This document shows positions 16,403 to 26,791 of a DNA stretch of 64,000 nt, in pieces. The notes below the pieces were generated by a model. That model was not told the origin of the DNA. It was given only the letters and a program-made list of their open reading frames with translations, and made no database searches. Each line of letters starts with the position of its first letter. Within the stretch, counting starts at the first letter, position 1. Source of the stretch: a bacterium (GTDB taxonomy: Bacteria > UBA8248). Position numbers and translations under genes: made by a program. The stretch lies in assembly GCA_965261085.1 (NCBI GenBank), contig OZ253442.1, forward strand, positions 2,304,001 to 2,368,000, in the 5' to 3' direction.

Positions 16403-17839
16403 CTAAGCAGGAGAAAGCGAGAGGCGGCGCGTGAAAGTATCTATCATTTCCCTGGCGGCGGGGGATATCTGTACTTCTCCCCCCTCGTAGATGGATGAAA
16501 CGCCCTCCAGCTTACAGAACGCTCCCCTCGGTTCTACTATGGTGCCTTTTGCCGGAGGAGAGCAAGTGACCAGCACTTCATCGGGGTCTTGAACGTTGCT
16601 TAGGCGATAACCTCTCCGGATGAACTCGGGGTTCCCCTTTTTGATGGTGTAGATTCCGGGTGTCAACGAATGGCCGATTCTCTTTCGTGAAGCACTCGTG
16701 TTTCGAATCAGAAGCTGGAAACCGGATAAATCCGGTCGGCTGAGGTCGGCGAGCAAATCCTGATGCGCGTCGAGAACGTCGCCCGGCTTCAAGAATTCGG
16801 CCAAATGCCAGTATGTGGTGGTGGACGTCGTGCTCTGGATTTCCTCGAGTTCGGTCATCAGTTGCGTGGTTCCCAGCACGCGCGGGTTGAGTTCTAAGGC
16901 GTAGGGTTCATCGTTGTGGACGATGAAATCGACGCCGTATATTCCCTGATAGCCCGCCTCGGCTATCCACTCTCCGATTTTCAGAGTGGCTTCCTCGATT
17001 TTCCGCCGACTTTCCCGGGAAACCTGCCGATACGCCGCATAGTCGCTTCCGGCGTAATCAAAACGGTGCATGGAGCAACCGGGAATTCCGGTGAACATCA
17101 CAGAAGGGTGGGACATCCAGGGTTTTCCGTTGCAAATCACCCCCGCCGCGCCGAGGGCGGGACCATCCAGGAACGTGCTCACGATCACGAGCACATCGGG
17201 CCCCAGTTTTTCGACGAGTTCATCGCGTTTATTCGCGAGCGCCTCGGATGAGTCGATGAGGTGCGTCTGGTTGCCGGATGAACCGATTCGCTCCGCGATA
17301 ATCATGACGGGGCCGAATTCTTCAAGCTGTCTGGCGCCGAGGTCGCCTAAGGCCACCACTTCGCCCGGGGGAACGCTGAACCCCGCTTCGATGGCCCGGC
17401 GCCGGAACTTCACCTTGTCGTCGAATCTCGTCTTGATTTCCACCGGATTCGCCAGGATGCGCAGCCTGCCCTTTGCCTCTTCGGCGAGTTTGTCCAGAAA
17501 TTCCGTGGAACGGTAGGGGATGATGTACTGGGGTTTATCCCCTTGTGAGAGATATTCACGAATTTGCGGCCCCAGCGTTCCTTCGTACGCCTCCACGAGT
17601 GATGAATGCGTCCACACGATTCGCTTTTTCTGTCCGCGTTCCACAGAGAAATAGCGCAGACGCTTGTCCCACTCGGGCCCGTCGAGCCCGTAATCGCAGG
17701 CGATGAGGAAATCGAGGGGGACGATGTTTTCCACGGTAATCGAATCGGTAGAGCGCAGTCCCTGAAAGCCGAATATCGAGCCTGCCGGAACGGCGGACAT
17801 CAACATCTCGCTAAAATCATCTCTTGTGTGATGAGGCAA
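16403..17839 (-). CDS. ATP-grasp protein (PGM1-related peptide ligase-like)
   Basis: FDDKVKFR...GFSVPPG, GSSGNQTHLI, YAGSD, GYQGIYGVDFIV, ALELNPR. Confidence 0.8.
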   Translation of the reverse strand: MPHHTRDDFSEMLMSAVPAGSIFGFQGLRSTDSITVENIVPLDFLIACDYGLDGPEWDKRLRYFSVERGQKKRIVWTHSSLVEAYEGTLGPQIREYLSQGDKPQYIIPYRSTEFLDKLAEEAKGRLRILANPVEIKTRFDDKVKFRRRAIEAGFSVPPGEVVALGDLGARQLEEFGPVMIIAERIGSSGNQTHLIDSSEALANKRDELVEKLGPDVLVIVSTFLDGPALGAAGVICNGKPWMSHPSVMFTGIPGCSMHRFDYAGSDYAAYRQVSRESRRKIEEATLKIGEWIAEAGYQGIYGVDFIVHNDEPYALELNPRVLGTTQLMTELEEIQSTTSTTTYWHLAEFLKPGDVLDAHQDLLADLSRPDLSGFQLLIRNTSASRKRIGHSLTPGIYTIKKGNPEFIRRGYRLSNVQDPDEVLVTCSPPAKGTIVEPRGAFCKLEGVSSIYEGGEVQISPAAREMIDTFTRRLSLSPA

Positions 17840-18057
17840 GGAAAGTGTTCCTTTATCGAGAATCAGTATGAATGCCCGGCCAGTGCCAAAATTAAAAAAC
17901 AGGCGATTCTAATTCGATTGCTTCGTGGATATCAACATAATTCGACGTTTCGGGAATAGCCGTTTCGCACCGGCGGCTTCTGCAACTCACCCCGCGCTAT
18001 GCTAGGATGTGTCCGTTTCACATCCCAAATACGTCAGTTGGAAGCGAGCGTTCGCGA

Positions 18058-18990
18058 ATGCCCGAAGAAACAGAAATGCCCGAATCGGCTTTTGATGTAG
18101 AAGAATACCCGATGATGTCGGAATCGGAACTTAGGTGGGCAAAATTTCGCCGAAGCATGAAACGCTCGAAACCGGCCATGCTCGGCGGCGTTTTTCTCAT
18201 CCTGCTCGTTGTCGTTTCTCTTTCCGCCCCGCTCATCGCGCCGCAAAACCCGCGGAATGTGGATGTGAACCTGCGCCTGAAGCCTCCTGTCTGGGTGGAA
18301 GGAGGAAGCGCGAGCTACCTGCTGGGAACCGACGCGCTGGGCCGGGACGTTTTGAGCCGGCTCATTTACGGGGGCCGCGTCTCTATTCTGGTGGGCTTGA
18401 GTTCGGTGGTGATTTCAGGGGTGATCGGTATCGTCCTGGGCCTCGTTTCGGGCTTTTTCGGCGGGAAAATAGACGATCTCATCAGCGGCTTTTCTGAAAT
18501 TCAACTGGCGTTTCCCTTCATTCTCCTGGCCATCACGATCATGGCGGTCATCGGGCCGGGTCTGCTCAACATCATCATCGTGCTGGGGATCAGCCGGTGG
18601 GTGGCGTACGGCCGCGTAGTCAGAGGCCAGGTCATCTCAATTAGGGAGCGCGAATTCGTGGAAGCCACACACGCTTTGGGCTACCCGCTGCACCGCATTT
18701 TGTTCATGCAGATATTGCCCAATACCTTATCTCCGCTGATCGTCATCGCCACCTTCTCCGTGGCGGGAAACATTATTTCCGAATCTTCGCTGAGTTTTCT
18801 GGGGCTCGGTGTTCCGCCTTCGGTCGTTACCTGGGGGGGCATGTTGTCCGATGGACGCGAATATCTGCGGGGCGGCTGGTGGATGGCGACTTTTCCAGGT
18901 CTCGCCATCATGGCGACGGTTCTAAGCGTCAACCTCATCGGCGACTGGCTGCGGGACTACATGGACCCCCGCCTCGGCGATGATATGTAG
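18058..18990 (+). CDS. dppC: Peptide/nickel ABC transporter permease, DppC/OppC type
   Basis: LLGTDALGRDVLSRLIYGGRVS, EAA loop (REFVEATHALG), ESSLSFLGLG, GDWLRDYMDPR. The ORF could start at 18007. Confidence 0.9.
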   Translation: MPEETEMPESAFDVEEYPMMSESELRWAKFRRSMKRSKPAMLGGVFLILLVVVSLSAPLIAPQNPRNVDVNLRLKPPVWVEGGSASYLLGTDALGRDVLSRLIYGGRVSILVGLSSVVISGVIGIVLGLVSGFFGGKIDDLISGFSEIQLAFPFILLAITIMAVIGPGLLNIIIVLGISRWVAYGRVVRGQVISIREREFVEATHALGYPLHRILFMQILPNTLSPLIVIATFSVAGNIISESSLSFLGLGVPPSVVTWGGMLSDGREYLRGGWWMATFPGLAIMATVLSVNLIGDWLRDYMDPRLGDDM

Positions 18991-19021
18991 TCAATTTCAG
19001 TTTTCTGAAGGGAATTTGTGC

Positions 19022-20569
19022 ATGAAGAGGCTCCTGCTCGGTGGAATTTGCCTGTTGCTTTTAGGGCTCGCCGCCTGCGGCCGCGAAGCGAAAAAGGGGC
19101 CCTTTACGGTCCTCCTCTCGGTGGAGGCCAATACGCTCGATCCCCATTTCGCTACCGCCACCATCGAGTGGAGCATCTTGATGAACATGTTCGACCCTCT
19201 CATCGAGCGGCGTGACGACATGCGGCTTGCGCCTGCGTTGGCCGAGCGCTGGGAGGTGGACAAGACGAAAAAAATCTGGACGTTTCATCTCCGCAAGGGG
19301 GTGAAGTTTCATAACGGCGAGCCATTCGACTCAGAATCCGTGCGATACACGTTCGAGCGCATGCGCGACAAGAAGCTCAAGCCCCGCATCACGGTTTACC
19401 GGCGGATTTTCCTGGACAGGATAGAAAAAGTGGATTCCCACACCGTGAAGATTCACACCAGGCGCCCGGTCGCCACCCTGCCGGTGTGGATGGTGAACGC
19501 TTTCATGCTGCCGCCCAAGTATTACTCATCGACCTCGCCCAAGGAACTGTTGAAGAAACCCGTCGGCACGGGGCCCTACAAGCTGGTGAAATGGATTAAG
19601 GACGACCGCATCGAGATGGAGGCCAACAAGGGCTGGTGGCGGGGTGAGCCTGCAATCGATGAGGTGGTCTGGCGGCCGGTGTCCGAGGCTTCGGCCCGCA
19701 TTGGGGAGCTGGAGACGGGCGGGGCCGACGTCATCGTGAACATCTCGCCCGATCAGTCGAAAACCATCTTGGCGAGGGGAGAAGGTCTCCAGCTCAAGGG
19801 GGCTCGGGGAGGACGCAGGATTTATCTGGGGATTCGCACGGACCATGGGGTGCTGGGCGATGCGCGCGTCCGCCGGGCGCTGAACCACGCGGTTGATTTC
19901 GGAGCCATCGTCAAGAACGTGTTTTTGGGTCATGGCTCGCGGATGAGGAGCATCGTGAACGCCCCGAACGCCGACCCGAACATGAAGGCCTACGCCTACG
20001 ATCCCCAAAAGGCGAAAGCGCTCCTCGCCGAGGCCGGTCTCAAGGACACGAATGGGGACGGTGTTTTGGAGGCGAATGGTGAGCCATTTGAACTGAAACT
20101 TGAAGTTCCTGCCTCCAGGTACTTGAAAGGTAAGGAGATGTCGGAATTCATAGCGGCTTATTTCCGCGTCGTGGGAGTTCGGGTGGAGGTCATTCCCCTG
20201 GAGTGGTCCGTTTTCCTCGCTAGAAGAAGAAAAAAGACGCTGGCGTCCTTGTATTTTCACGGGTTCAGTTCCGCTTTCAACGAGGAACTCGATTTGGGCG
20301 TGCTGCGTCCCAACCTTTTCGCTAATCTCACCGCCTGGAAAAACCGGGAGTTTGTGGAAAACTATAAGAAGCTCGGCCAGGCGTTCGACCCCGATGAGCG
20401 CAGGCGGATCAGCTACCGGATGCAGCGCATCGTTCATGAGGAAAGCCCTTGGGTGTTTTTATGGAACCAGTATGATTTTTTCGGCCTGAGCGCCAGAACG
20501 CAGTGGACTCCCAGGCCGGATGAGAGAATCTACCTGCCCGCGATTCGGTTGAAAGAAGCGAAACAATAA
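19022..20569 (+). CDS. dppA: Peptide ABC transporter substrate-binding lipoprotein (SBP family 5)
   Basis: Lipobox LAAC, PALAERW, FHLRKGVKFHNGEPF, PVGTGPYKL, RVRRALNHAVD. Confidence 0.9.
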   Translation: MKRLLLGGICLLLLGLAACGREAKKGPFTVLLSVEANTLDPHFATATIEWSILMNMFDPLIERRDDMRLAPALAERWEVDKTKKIWTFHLRKGVKFHNGEPFDSESVRYTFERMRDKKLKPRITVYRRIFLDRIEKVDSHTVKIHTRRPVATLPVWMVNAFMLPPKYYSSTSPKELLKKPVGTGPYKLVKWIKDDRIEMEANKGWWRGEPAIDEVVWRPVSEASARIGELETGGADVIVNISPDQSKTILARGEGLQLKGARGGRRIYLGIRTDHGVLGDARVRRALNHAVDFGAIVKNVFLGHGSRMRSIVNAPNADPNMKAYAYDPQKAKALLAEAGLKDTNGDGVLEANGEPFELKLEVPASRYLKGKEMSEFIAAYFRVVGVRVEVIPLEWSVFLARRRKKTLASLYFHGFSSAFNEELDLGVLRPNLFANLTAWKNREFVENYKKLGQAFDPDERRRISYRMQRIVHEESPWVFLWNQYDFFGLSARTQWTPRPDERIYLPAIRLKEAKQ

Positions 20570-20570
20570 G

Positions 20571-21488
20571 ATGGGCGCTTATCTTTTCAGAAGAGTCATC
20601 CGGGCCGTTGTTGTCGTGGCCGGCGTGAGTTTCATATCGTTCTCCGTCTTGTTCCTATCGGGCGACCCGACGGACACCATGGTGGGCGAGGACTGGACGG
20701 TTCAGGAGGTGAAGCAACTACGCCAGGACATGGGACTGGACAAGCCCTGGTTCGTGCAATACGGGCGATACGTGGGCAGGGCCGTGCAGGGTGATTTCGG
20801 GGAAAGCCTGCGCTATCGCCAGCCCGCGTTCGAACTCATCATGGAGCGTCTGCCCGCGACTCTGGAACTCGCCCTCGTGGCGCTCGTTCTATCGATTATC
20901 CTGGCGTTTCCGGTGGGGGTCGTCAGCGCGACGCAGCGCGGTTCTCCGTATGATCATGGGGGAATGCTTTTCGCGCTACTGGGACAATCCATGCCCGTTT
21001 TCTGGCTCGGCCTGATGCTGATCCTCGTTTTCGGGGTGAGTCTGAGGTGGCTGCCGGTCAGCGGAAGAGGCGGCTGGGAGCATCTCATATTGCCCGCCAT
21101 CGCGCTTTCCACGTATTCAATCGCCAGGAACACGCGGGTGGTCAGAAGCTCCATGCTGGAAGTCCTGCGCCATGAATACGTGAAGACCGCCCGAGCGAAG
21201 GGGCTCTCCGAATGGGTCGTCATCAACCTGCACGTGCTCAGAAACTCCATGATTCCGGTGATTACGATAATCGGCTTGGAATTCGGGCACCTGCTCGGTG
21301 GGGCTGTGATCGTCGAGACGATTTTCTCTTGGCCGGGCGTGGGGAGGCTCCTGATTCAGGCCGTCTACGCCAAGGATTTCCCCCTGGTGCAGGCTTCGGT
21401 GACCATCACCGCCCTGATATTCGTTTCTTTGAACCTGATTGTTGATCTGATGTATTCCGTCCTGGATCCCAGGGTCAGACTCCATTGA
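20571..21488 (+). CDS. dppB: Peptide ABC transporter permease, DppB/OppB type
   Basis: GLDKPWFVQY, GDFGESL, RLPATLEL, EYVKTARAKGL, ETIFSWPGVG, LDPRVR. Confidence 0.92.
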   Translation: MGAYLFRRVIRAVVVVAGVSFISFSVLFLSGDPTDTMVGEDWTVQEVKQLRQDMGLDKPWFVQYGRYVGRAVQGDFGESLRYRQPAFELIMERLPATLELALVALVLSIILAFPVGVVSATQRGSPYDHGGMLFALLGQSMPVFWLGLMLILVFGVSLRWLPVSGRGGWEHLILPAIALSTYSIARNTRVVRSSMLEVLRHEYVKTARAKGLSEWVVINLHVLRNSMIPVITIIGLEFGHLLGGAVIVETIFSWPGVGRLLIQAVYAKDFPLVQASVTITALIFVSLNLIVDLMYSVLDPRVRLH

Positions 21489-22423
21489 GCCGGACCGCCT
21501 ATTTCTGGACGCCAGAATCGCTCCTGCACGACAACGGCCGCCATGTGGAGAACGTAGAGCGCGCCAGACGCCTCACGCCCGAGAGAATCGTCGCGCAAGT
21601 CCCGTCGGTCAGGCACATGGAGATTACGCCCCACGACGCCCGGGAGTGGGTACTGAGGGTGCACGAGGAATCACACCACCGCTTCGTGCGCGAGGCGTGT
21701 GAGAGTGGCGGGTGCATTCTGGATGGCGGCGATACGCAAGCCGGTCCCGGAAGCTATGAGGCCGCTCTCGCCGCCGTGGATGCCGCCCTGAGCGCAGCGG
21801 ACGCCGTCGTGGCCGGGGAGGTGGACAACGCCTTTTGCGCCGCAAGGCCGCCCGGCCACCACGCCTTGCCCTCTCAATCGATGGGGTTTTGCCTGTTCGC
21901 CACGGTATCCATCCTGGTTCGGTATCTGCAGGAAAAACATGGCTTCAAGAAAATTGCCGTGGTGGATTGGGACGTGCATCACGGAAACGGCACGCAGCAT
22001 ATCTTCTGGCGCGATCCGGACGTGTTTTTCGTCTCCTTGCATCAACATCCCCACTATCCCGGCACGGGTCTTTCAAACGAGACGGGAGAAGGTGCCGGCC
22101 AAGGGAAGACGCTGAACATTCCCGTCGCGGCGGGAACGCCTGAAGAGGAATATCTCCTGAAATTTCAGGAAAGCGTCATCCCCGCCGTCGAGGCGCACGG
22201 GCCGGAGGCAATTGTCGTATCAGCGGGTTTCGACGCGCACCGAGACGACCCGCTCGGGGGGCTGATGATCACCGAAGCCGGGTTCGCCCGCCTGACCGGA
22301 TGGGTGAAGACGCTTGCCGGGAACCTGTGCGAGGGGCGTCTCATCAGCCTGCTCGAGGGCGGATATAATCTCGACGCCCTGGAGCGTTCCGTCGTAGCCC
22401 ACTTGCAAGAACTCTCGGCGTAG
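21485..22423 (+). CDS. Histone deacetylase family amidohydrolase
   Basis: RPPGHHA, GFCLF, DWDVHHGNGTQ, SAGFDAH..DPLG, LEGGY. Overlaps the dppB stop (TTGA). Confidence 0.92.
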   Translation: MSRTAYFWTPESLLHDNGRHVENVERARRLTPERIVAQVPSVRHMEITPHDAREWVLRVHEESHHRFVREACESGGCILDGGDTQAGPGSYEAALAAVDAALSAADAVVAGEVDNAFCAARPPGHHALPSQSMGFCLFATVSILVRYLQEKHGFKKIAVVDWDVHHGNGTQHIFWRDPDVFFVSLHQHPHYPGTGLSNETGEGAGQGKTLNIPVAAGTPEEEYLLKFQESVIPAVEAHGPEAIVVSAGFDAHRDDPLGGLMITEAGFARLTGWVKTLAGNLCEGRLISLLEGGYNLDALERSVVAHLQELSA

Positions 22424-22460
22424 TGGATTTTCAGCATGACTACATAAAAAGTCCGAAAAA

Positions 22461-22480
22461 TTAGTTGACTAACTAACTAA
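22461..22480. promoter_or_regulatory. Putative TetR operator overlapping a -35 box
   Basis: Perfect inverted repeat TTAGTT-GACT-AACTAA containing TTGACT, directly upstream of the TetR gene. Confidence 0.55.
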
Positions 22481-22561
22481 AAAGATTTATCTATACATTG
22501 TGAGTTGATTTCTGAGTATTCTTCGAAACAGATGGGTGTTCAACTTGAAGAGGGAAGGGTG

Positions 22562-23185
22562 ATGGAAACAGCGACGGCGACCCCCAAGGCGTCCGCGACG
22601 AAACGGAAAATCATAGAAGCGGCCGCAAGGCTCGTTTACCGCAAAGGCTTTCACGCCACCTCGCTGGATATGGTGGCGCAGGCCGCTCAGGTGAACCGGG
22701 GGAGCCTGTATTATTTCTTCCGCTCCAAGAAGAACCTGGGGCTTGCCGTCATCGATCACTACGAATCTCTCCTTCATCAAAACTACCTCTCTCCCTCGTT
22801 TGGTGCACAAGAGAAGGGGCGTGAGAAAATAAGGCGTCTCGCGGAATCCTACGCCCTCATGCCGATGCAGGATTCTCCGTGCTGCGGATGTCCCATCGGG
22901 AACCTGTCGCTGGAGCTCAGCGCCCTGGATGAGCAGATGCGCCTGCGGCTCAAAGGGGTTTGGGAGAAAGTTTTCGAGAAAATCGCAGGCGTCCTGGCGC
23001 AGTCGCAGGACGAAGGGGATATTCCCGGAGATGTCGACCCGCTTGTACATGCGCGTTCTTTTTTCTCACAGATTCAGGGTGCGCATATTATTGCGAGGTG
23101 TTCGCAGGATGAGGGAGCTTTGCGAGAAGACTGCGAGCGTGCTTTCATGAGTCTGCCCTGGGCTAAGGACGGGGAGTCGGAATGA
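22562..23185 (+). CDS. TetR/AcrR family regulator (NemR/ComR-like C-terminus)
   Basis: HTH KGFHATSLDMVAQAAQVNRGSLYYFFRSK and a C-terminal CCGCPIGNL motif. Confidence 0.9.
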   Translation: METATATPKASATKRKIIEAAARLVYRKGFHATSLDMVAQAAQVNRGSLYYFFRSKKNLGLAVIDHYESLLHQNYLSPSFGAQEKGREKIRRLAESYALMPMQDSPCCGCPIGNLSLELSALDEQMRLRLKGVWEKVFEKIAGVLAQSQDEGDIPGDVDPLVHARSFFSQIQGAHIIARCSQDEGALREDCERAFMSLPWAKDGESE

Positions 23186-24330
23186 ACGGGGGAGATCACG
23201 AATTCAGAGGCGGAAGCCCCGTGCATTCCCGCAGATGGCGATGGATTGTCTGGTGCGTTTTTTTGCTGGGCGCCGCCCTCGCGTGGCTGTTCGCAGAGCG
23301 CTATTTTGGTGGCGTGCACGATCCGGACGCCGTGCCCCGCGTCGTCACCCCGCGTGGCGACCTCGCCGCCGAGGAAAAATCCAACATAGAGCTTTTCCGC
23401 CTCTCCTCTCCGTCGGTGGTCTATATCACGAGGCTGGCGATGAGGCGCGACAGGTTCAGCCTCAACATGTTCGAGATTCCCCAGGGCACGGGTTCGGGCT
23501 TCGTTTGGAATAATCTGGGGCACATCATCACGAACTTTCACGTCGTTCAGGGGACGAGTTCCCTGCGCGTCACCCTGGCGGATAACTCCGAGTGGGATGC
23601 GCGCGTGGTGGGGGTATCGCCGGATCAGGATTTGGCGGTGTTGTTCATCAATGCGCCGAGAACCCGCCTCAAACCGATCGCCATCGGCCAGTCCGCCAAT
23701 CTGCAAGTGGGCCAGAGGGTGTTCGCCATCGGCAATCCCTTCGGGCTGGACCAGACGCTCACGACGGGGATCATCAGCGCTCTGGGGCGCGAGATAGACG
23801 GCGTATCGGGCCGCAAGATCAGCGGCGTCATCCAGACTGACGCGGCGATCAATCCGGGCAATTCCGGGGGGCCTCTCCTGGACAGCGCAGGTCGTCTGAT
23901 AGGCGTCAACACCGCTATTTTCAGCCCCTCCGGTTCCAATGCGGGGATAGGTTTCGCGGTTCCCGTGGATACCGTGAACAGGGTGGCGCCTCAACTGATT
24001 CGTCATGGCCGCGTTATCAGGCCCGGGCTCGGCATTCACGTGGCCGACAGGGGAACTGCGGAGCGGCTCGGAATAAAGGGGGTGTTGATCATTCGCGTGC
24101 AAAAAGGCAGCGTTGCTGAAGCCGCGGGGTTGCGCGGCACGGGAAGAGGCCAGCGAGGCAAACTCGTGCTGGGGGACGTAATTGTCGGCGTGGTGGAGCG
24201 CTCCATCACCTCGATCGATGACCTGTTGGACGCGCTCGATGCGCATAAGGTGGGCGACGTCGTGGAAGTTCACCTGACGCGCGACGGGACCCGGATGAGC
24301 GTGAACATAAAACTTCAAGCCTTGAGTTAG
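23182..24330 (+). CDS. HtrA/DegP-family serine protease with one PDZ domain
   Basis: TM anchor, GTGSGF, ITNFHVV, DLAVL, IQTDAAINPGNSGGPL, and a PDZ domain. ATGA overlap with TetR. Confidence 0.93.
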   Translation: MNGGDHEFRGGSPVHSRRWRWIVWCVFLLGAALAWLFAERYFGGVHDPDAVPRVVTPRGDLAAEEKSNIELFRLSSPSVVYITRLAMRRDRFSLNMFEIPQGTGSGFVWNNLGHIITNFHVVQGTSSLRVTLADNSEWDARVVGVSPDQDLAVLFINAPRTRLKPIAIGQSANLQVGQRVFAIGNPFGLDQTLTTGIISALGREIDGVSGRKISGVIQTDAAINPGNSGGPLLDSAGRLIGVNTAIFSPSGSNAGIGFAVPVDTVNRVAPQLIRHGRVIRPGLGIHVADRGTAERLGIKGVLIIRVQKGSVAEAAGLRGTGRGQRGKLVLGDVIVGVVERSITSIDDLLDALDAHKVGDVVEVHLTRDGTRMSVNIKLQALS

Positions 24331-24339
24331 GGGTGTGAA

Positions 24340-26736
24340 ATGTCGATAAATTCGATCCCTGAAACGCTGGATATTCCGGTCGAGGGCATGTCGTGCGCTG
24401 CGTGTTCCGCCAGGCTGGAAAAACGACTCGGCGCGCTCGATGGCGTGCTGCGCGTCAATGTGAATTTGGCTCTGGCGCGCGCGCAGGTCGAGTTCATTCC
24501 CGCCCAGGTGACGCCCGCCGATATCACCAAAAGGGTCCAAAAAACGGGGTTCCGCGTTCCGCATTCTCACGTCGAGTTCACGATAGAAGGGGTGGAGGAC
24601 GAAGAGGATGCCGCGCGTCTGGAGAGTGAATTACACGAATTCGATGGTGTCATATCCGCCGGCGTGGACTTTGCGAGGGGCAGTGGCCGTGTCGTGTTCC
24701 AGATGGCCATCGTTCGCGCCGATGAGATTTTTGATTATTTGGCCAAGGCGGAGTATTCGGCTCGTCCCGTGATGGATGAAGAGCAGGATACGGAAAAACT
24801 AAAGCGCGAGCGCGAGTTCAGAAAAAGTGTGCGTCTTCTGATCTTCTCTGCGGTTTTATCCGCACCGCTTCTCTTCCAGATGGCGGGCATGCTCCCGGGC
24901 GCAGGGGGTTGGGAATTACCGAGGTGGTGGCAATTCGCCCTCGCAACGCCCGTGCAGTTCATCGTGGGCCGGCGGTTTTACCGGGGGGCGTATCATTCGC
25001 TCATGGGCGGCGGCGCGAACATGGACGTTCTCGTCGCCCTGGGCACGAGCGCGGCGTGGCTGCATAGCAGCGTGGTGACCCTGTGGGGCTTGAGCGGTCA
25101 TCACGTGTATTTCGAGGCGTCCGCGATTCTGATCACGCTCATCGTGCTCGGAAAAGTGCTCGAAGAGCGAGCCATGGGGCGAACTTCAGAAGCCATCAAG
25201 AAGCTCATCGGGCTCCAGGCCAAGACGGCGCGGGTGCTCCGCGACGGGGAAGAGCGCGAGGTTCCCGTAGAGCAAGTTCAGGTTGGCGACGTCGTGATGG
25301 TGCGCCCGGGTGAGAAATACCCCGTGGACGGGCTCATCATCGAGGGCGCGACTTCCGTGGATGAATCCATGCTGACGGGCGAGAGCGTTCCCGTGGCGAA
25401 AGGCGTGGGAGACGCCGTTACCGGAGCCACGCTCAACATCGACGGTGCGGTGCGGTTCCGCGTCACGAAAGTGGGCAAGGAAACGGCGTTGGCCCAGATA
25501 ATTCGCATGGTGGAGCAGGCCCAGGGCTCCAAGGCGCCGATCCAGCGCACCGCGGACAGGATTTCGGGCATTTTCGTGCCCATCGTGCTGGGAATCGCCT
25601 TCGTTACATACGCTCTCTGGGACGCCGTGGGGCCGTTTACGCCCGCGCTCATCAACGCCGTCGCCGTTTTGGTTATCGCGTGTCCGTGCGCACTGGGTCT
25701 CGCGACACCTACGGCCATCATGGTGGGTACGGGAAAGGGGGCCGAAGCCGGCATTCTCATCAAAGGCGGCGAGTCCCTGGAAACGGCGCATAAGCTGGAC
25801 GTCATCATTTTGGATAAAACGGGCACGCTGACAAAGGGAACCCCCGTGGTGACCGATATCTTGCCGCTCAATGGGTTGCCGGAAGGGGAATTGCTCCGGA
25901 TCGCGGCAAGCGCGGAACGAGGCTCGGAACACCCTTTGGGCAAATCGATAGTGAATGAAGCTGAAGCGCGCGGCCTGGAATTGTTCGAGATGCGTGATTT
26001 CCGGGCCTACCCGGGGCATGGGCTAAAAGCGGAAGTAGGGGGACGAAAAATCTACCTGGGCAACGAAAAGCACATGGCGGAGCATGGCGTGAGCACGCCT
26101 CCTCACATCGATGAGATACGAAATCTCGAGTCTCAAGGGAAAACCGTCGTGCTCATCGCCGATGTGGAAGGCTTGCTGGGCGCCATAGGCGTCGCCGATA
26201 CCCTGAAGGAGAACTCGGCAGAGGCGGTCGAATCGCTCCAGCGTATGGGAATCGAGGTCTACATGATGACGGGCGACAACGAGCGAACGGCGCAAGCCAT
26301 GGCGGCGCAGGCGGGAGTCCGCCACGTCATGGCGGGCGTGATGCCGGATGAAAAGGCGGCCATGGTGGAGGAACTCAGGCGAGGCGGCAAAAAGGTGGGC
26401 ATGGTGGGCGACGGCATCAACGACGCTCCGGCATTGGCCGCCGCGGACGTGGGATTCGCGATCGGCACGGGGACGGACATCGCAATGGAGGCATCGGATA
26501 TCACGCTGATGCAGGGTGATCTGATGGGTGTCGTGGCGGGGATCCACCTCTCGAAGACCGTGATGCGGAAAATACGCCAGAATCTATTCTGGGCGTTTTT
26601 CTATAACATTCTCGGCATACCCCTGGCGGCGTTCGGGTTCTTAAGCCCCATTATAGCGGGAGCGGCCATGGCGTTCAGTTCCGTATCCGTCGTGTCGAAC
26701 ACCTTGTTGTTGCGAAAATGGAAGCCTGTTCATTAG
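24340..26736 (+). CDS. copA: Cu(I)-translocating P1B-type ATPase
   Basis: [35 protein letters not shown] and MAFSS. Confidence 0.95.
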   Translation: MSINSIPETLDIPVEGMSCAACSARLEKRLGALDGVLRVNVNLALARAQVEFIPAQVTPADITKRVQKTGFRVPHSHVEFTIEGVEDEEDAARLESELHEFDGVISAGVDFARGSGRVVFQMAIVRADEIFDYLAKAEYSARPVMDEEQDTEKLKREREFRKSVRLLIFSAVLSAPLLFQMAGMLPGAGGWELPRWWQFALATPVQFIVGRRFYRGAYHSLMGGGANMDVLVALGTSAAWLHSSVVTLWGLSGHHVYFEASAILITLIVLGKVLEERAMGRTSEAIKKLIGLQAKTARVLRDGEEREVPVEQVQVGDVVMVRPGEKYPVDGLIIEGATSVDESMLTGESVPVAKGVGDAVTGATLNIDGAVRFRVTKVGKETALAQIIRMVEQAQGSKAPIQRTADRISGIFVPIVLGIAFVTYALWDAVGPFTPALINAVAVLVIACPCALGLATPTAIMVGTGKGAEAGILIKGGESLETAHKLDVIILDKTGTLTKGTPVVTDILPLNGLPEGELLRIAASAERGSEHPLGKSIVNEAEARGLELFEMRDFRAYPGHGLKAEVGGRKIYLGNEKHMAEHGVSTPPHIDEIRNLESQGKTVVLIADVEGLLGAIGVADTLKENSAEAVESLQRMGIEVYMMTGDNERTAQAMAAQAGVRHVMAGVMPDEKAAMVEELRRGGKKVGMVGDGINDAPALAAADVGFAIGTGTDIAMEASDITLMQGDLMGVVAGIHLSKTVMRKIRQNLFWAFFYNILGIPLAAFGFLSPIIAGAAMAFSSVSVVSNTLLLRKWKPVH

Positions 26737-26791
26737 AAGGCGTGGGCTGGATTCGGCCTGTCGACTCGATTATTCATCGGAGAGGTATCAA

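Noticed and set aside
22461-22480. Short TAAC tandem repeat as a CRISPR or microsatellite
   Set aside because: Only about three 4-nt units. Better explained as a TetR operator. No repeat-spacer array or cas gene was seen anywhere in the window.
23074-24570. 498-aa minus-strand ORF antisense to degP, and similar long antisense ORFs (41709-43208, 35996-37186, 37407-38582, 50200-51309, 51971-52912, 34364-35356, 46937-47998)
   Set aside because: Each lies opposite a well-supported gene and has R/H/G-rich shadow-frame composition with no motifs. This is typical of codon bias in GC-rich DNA.
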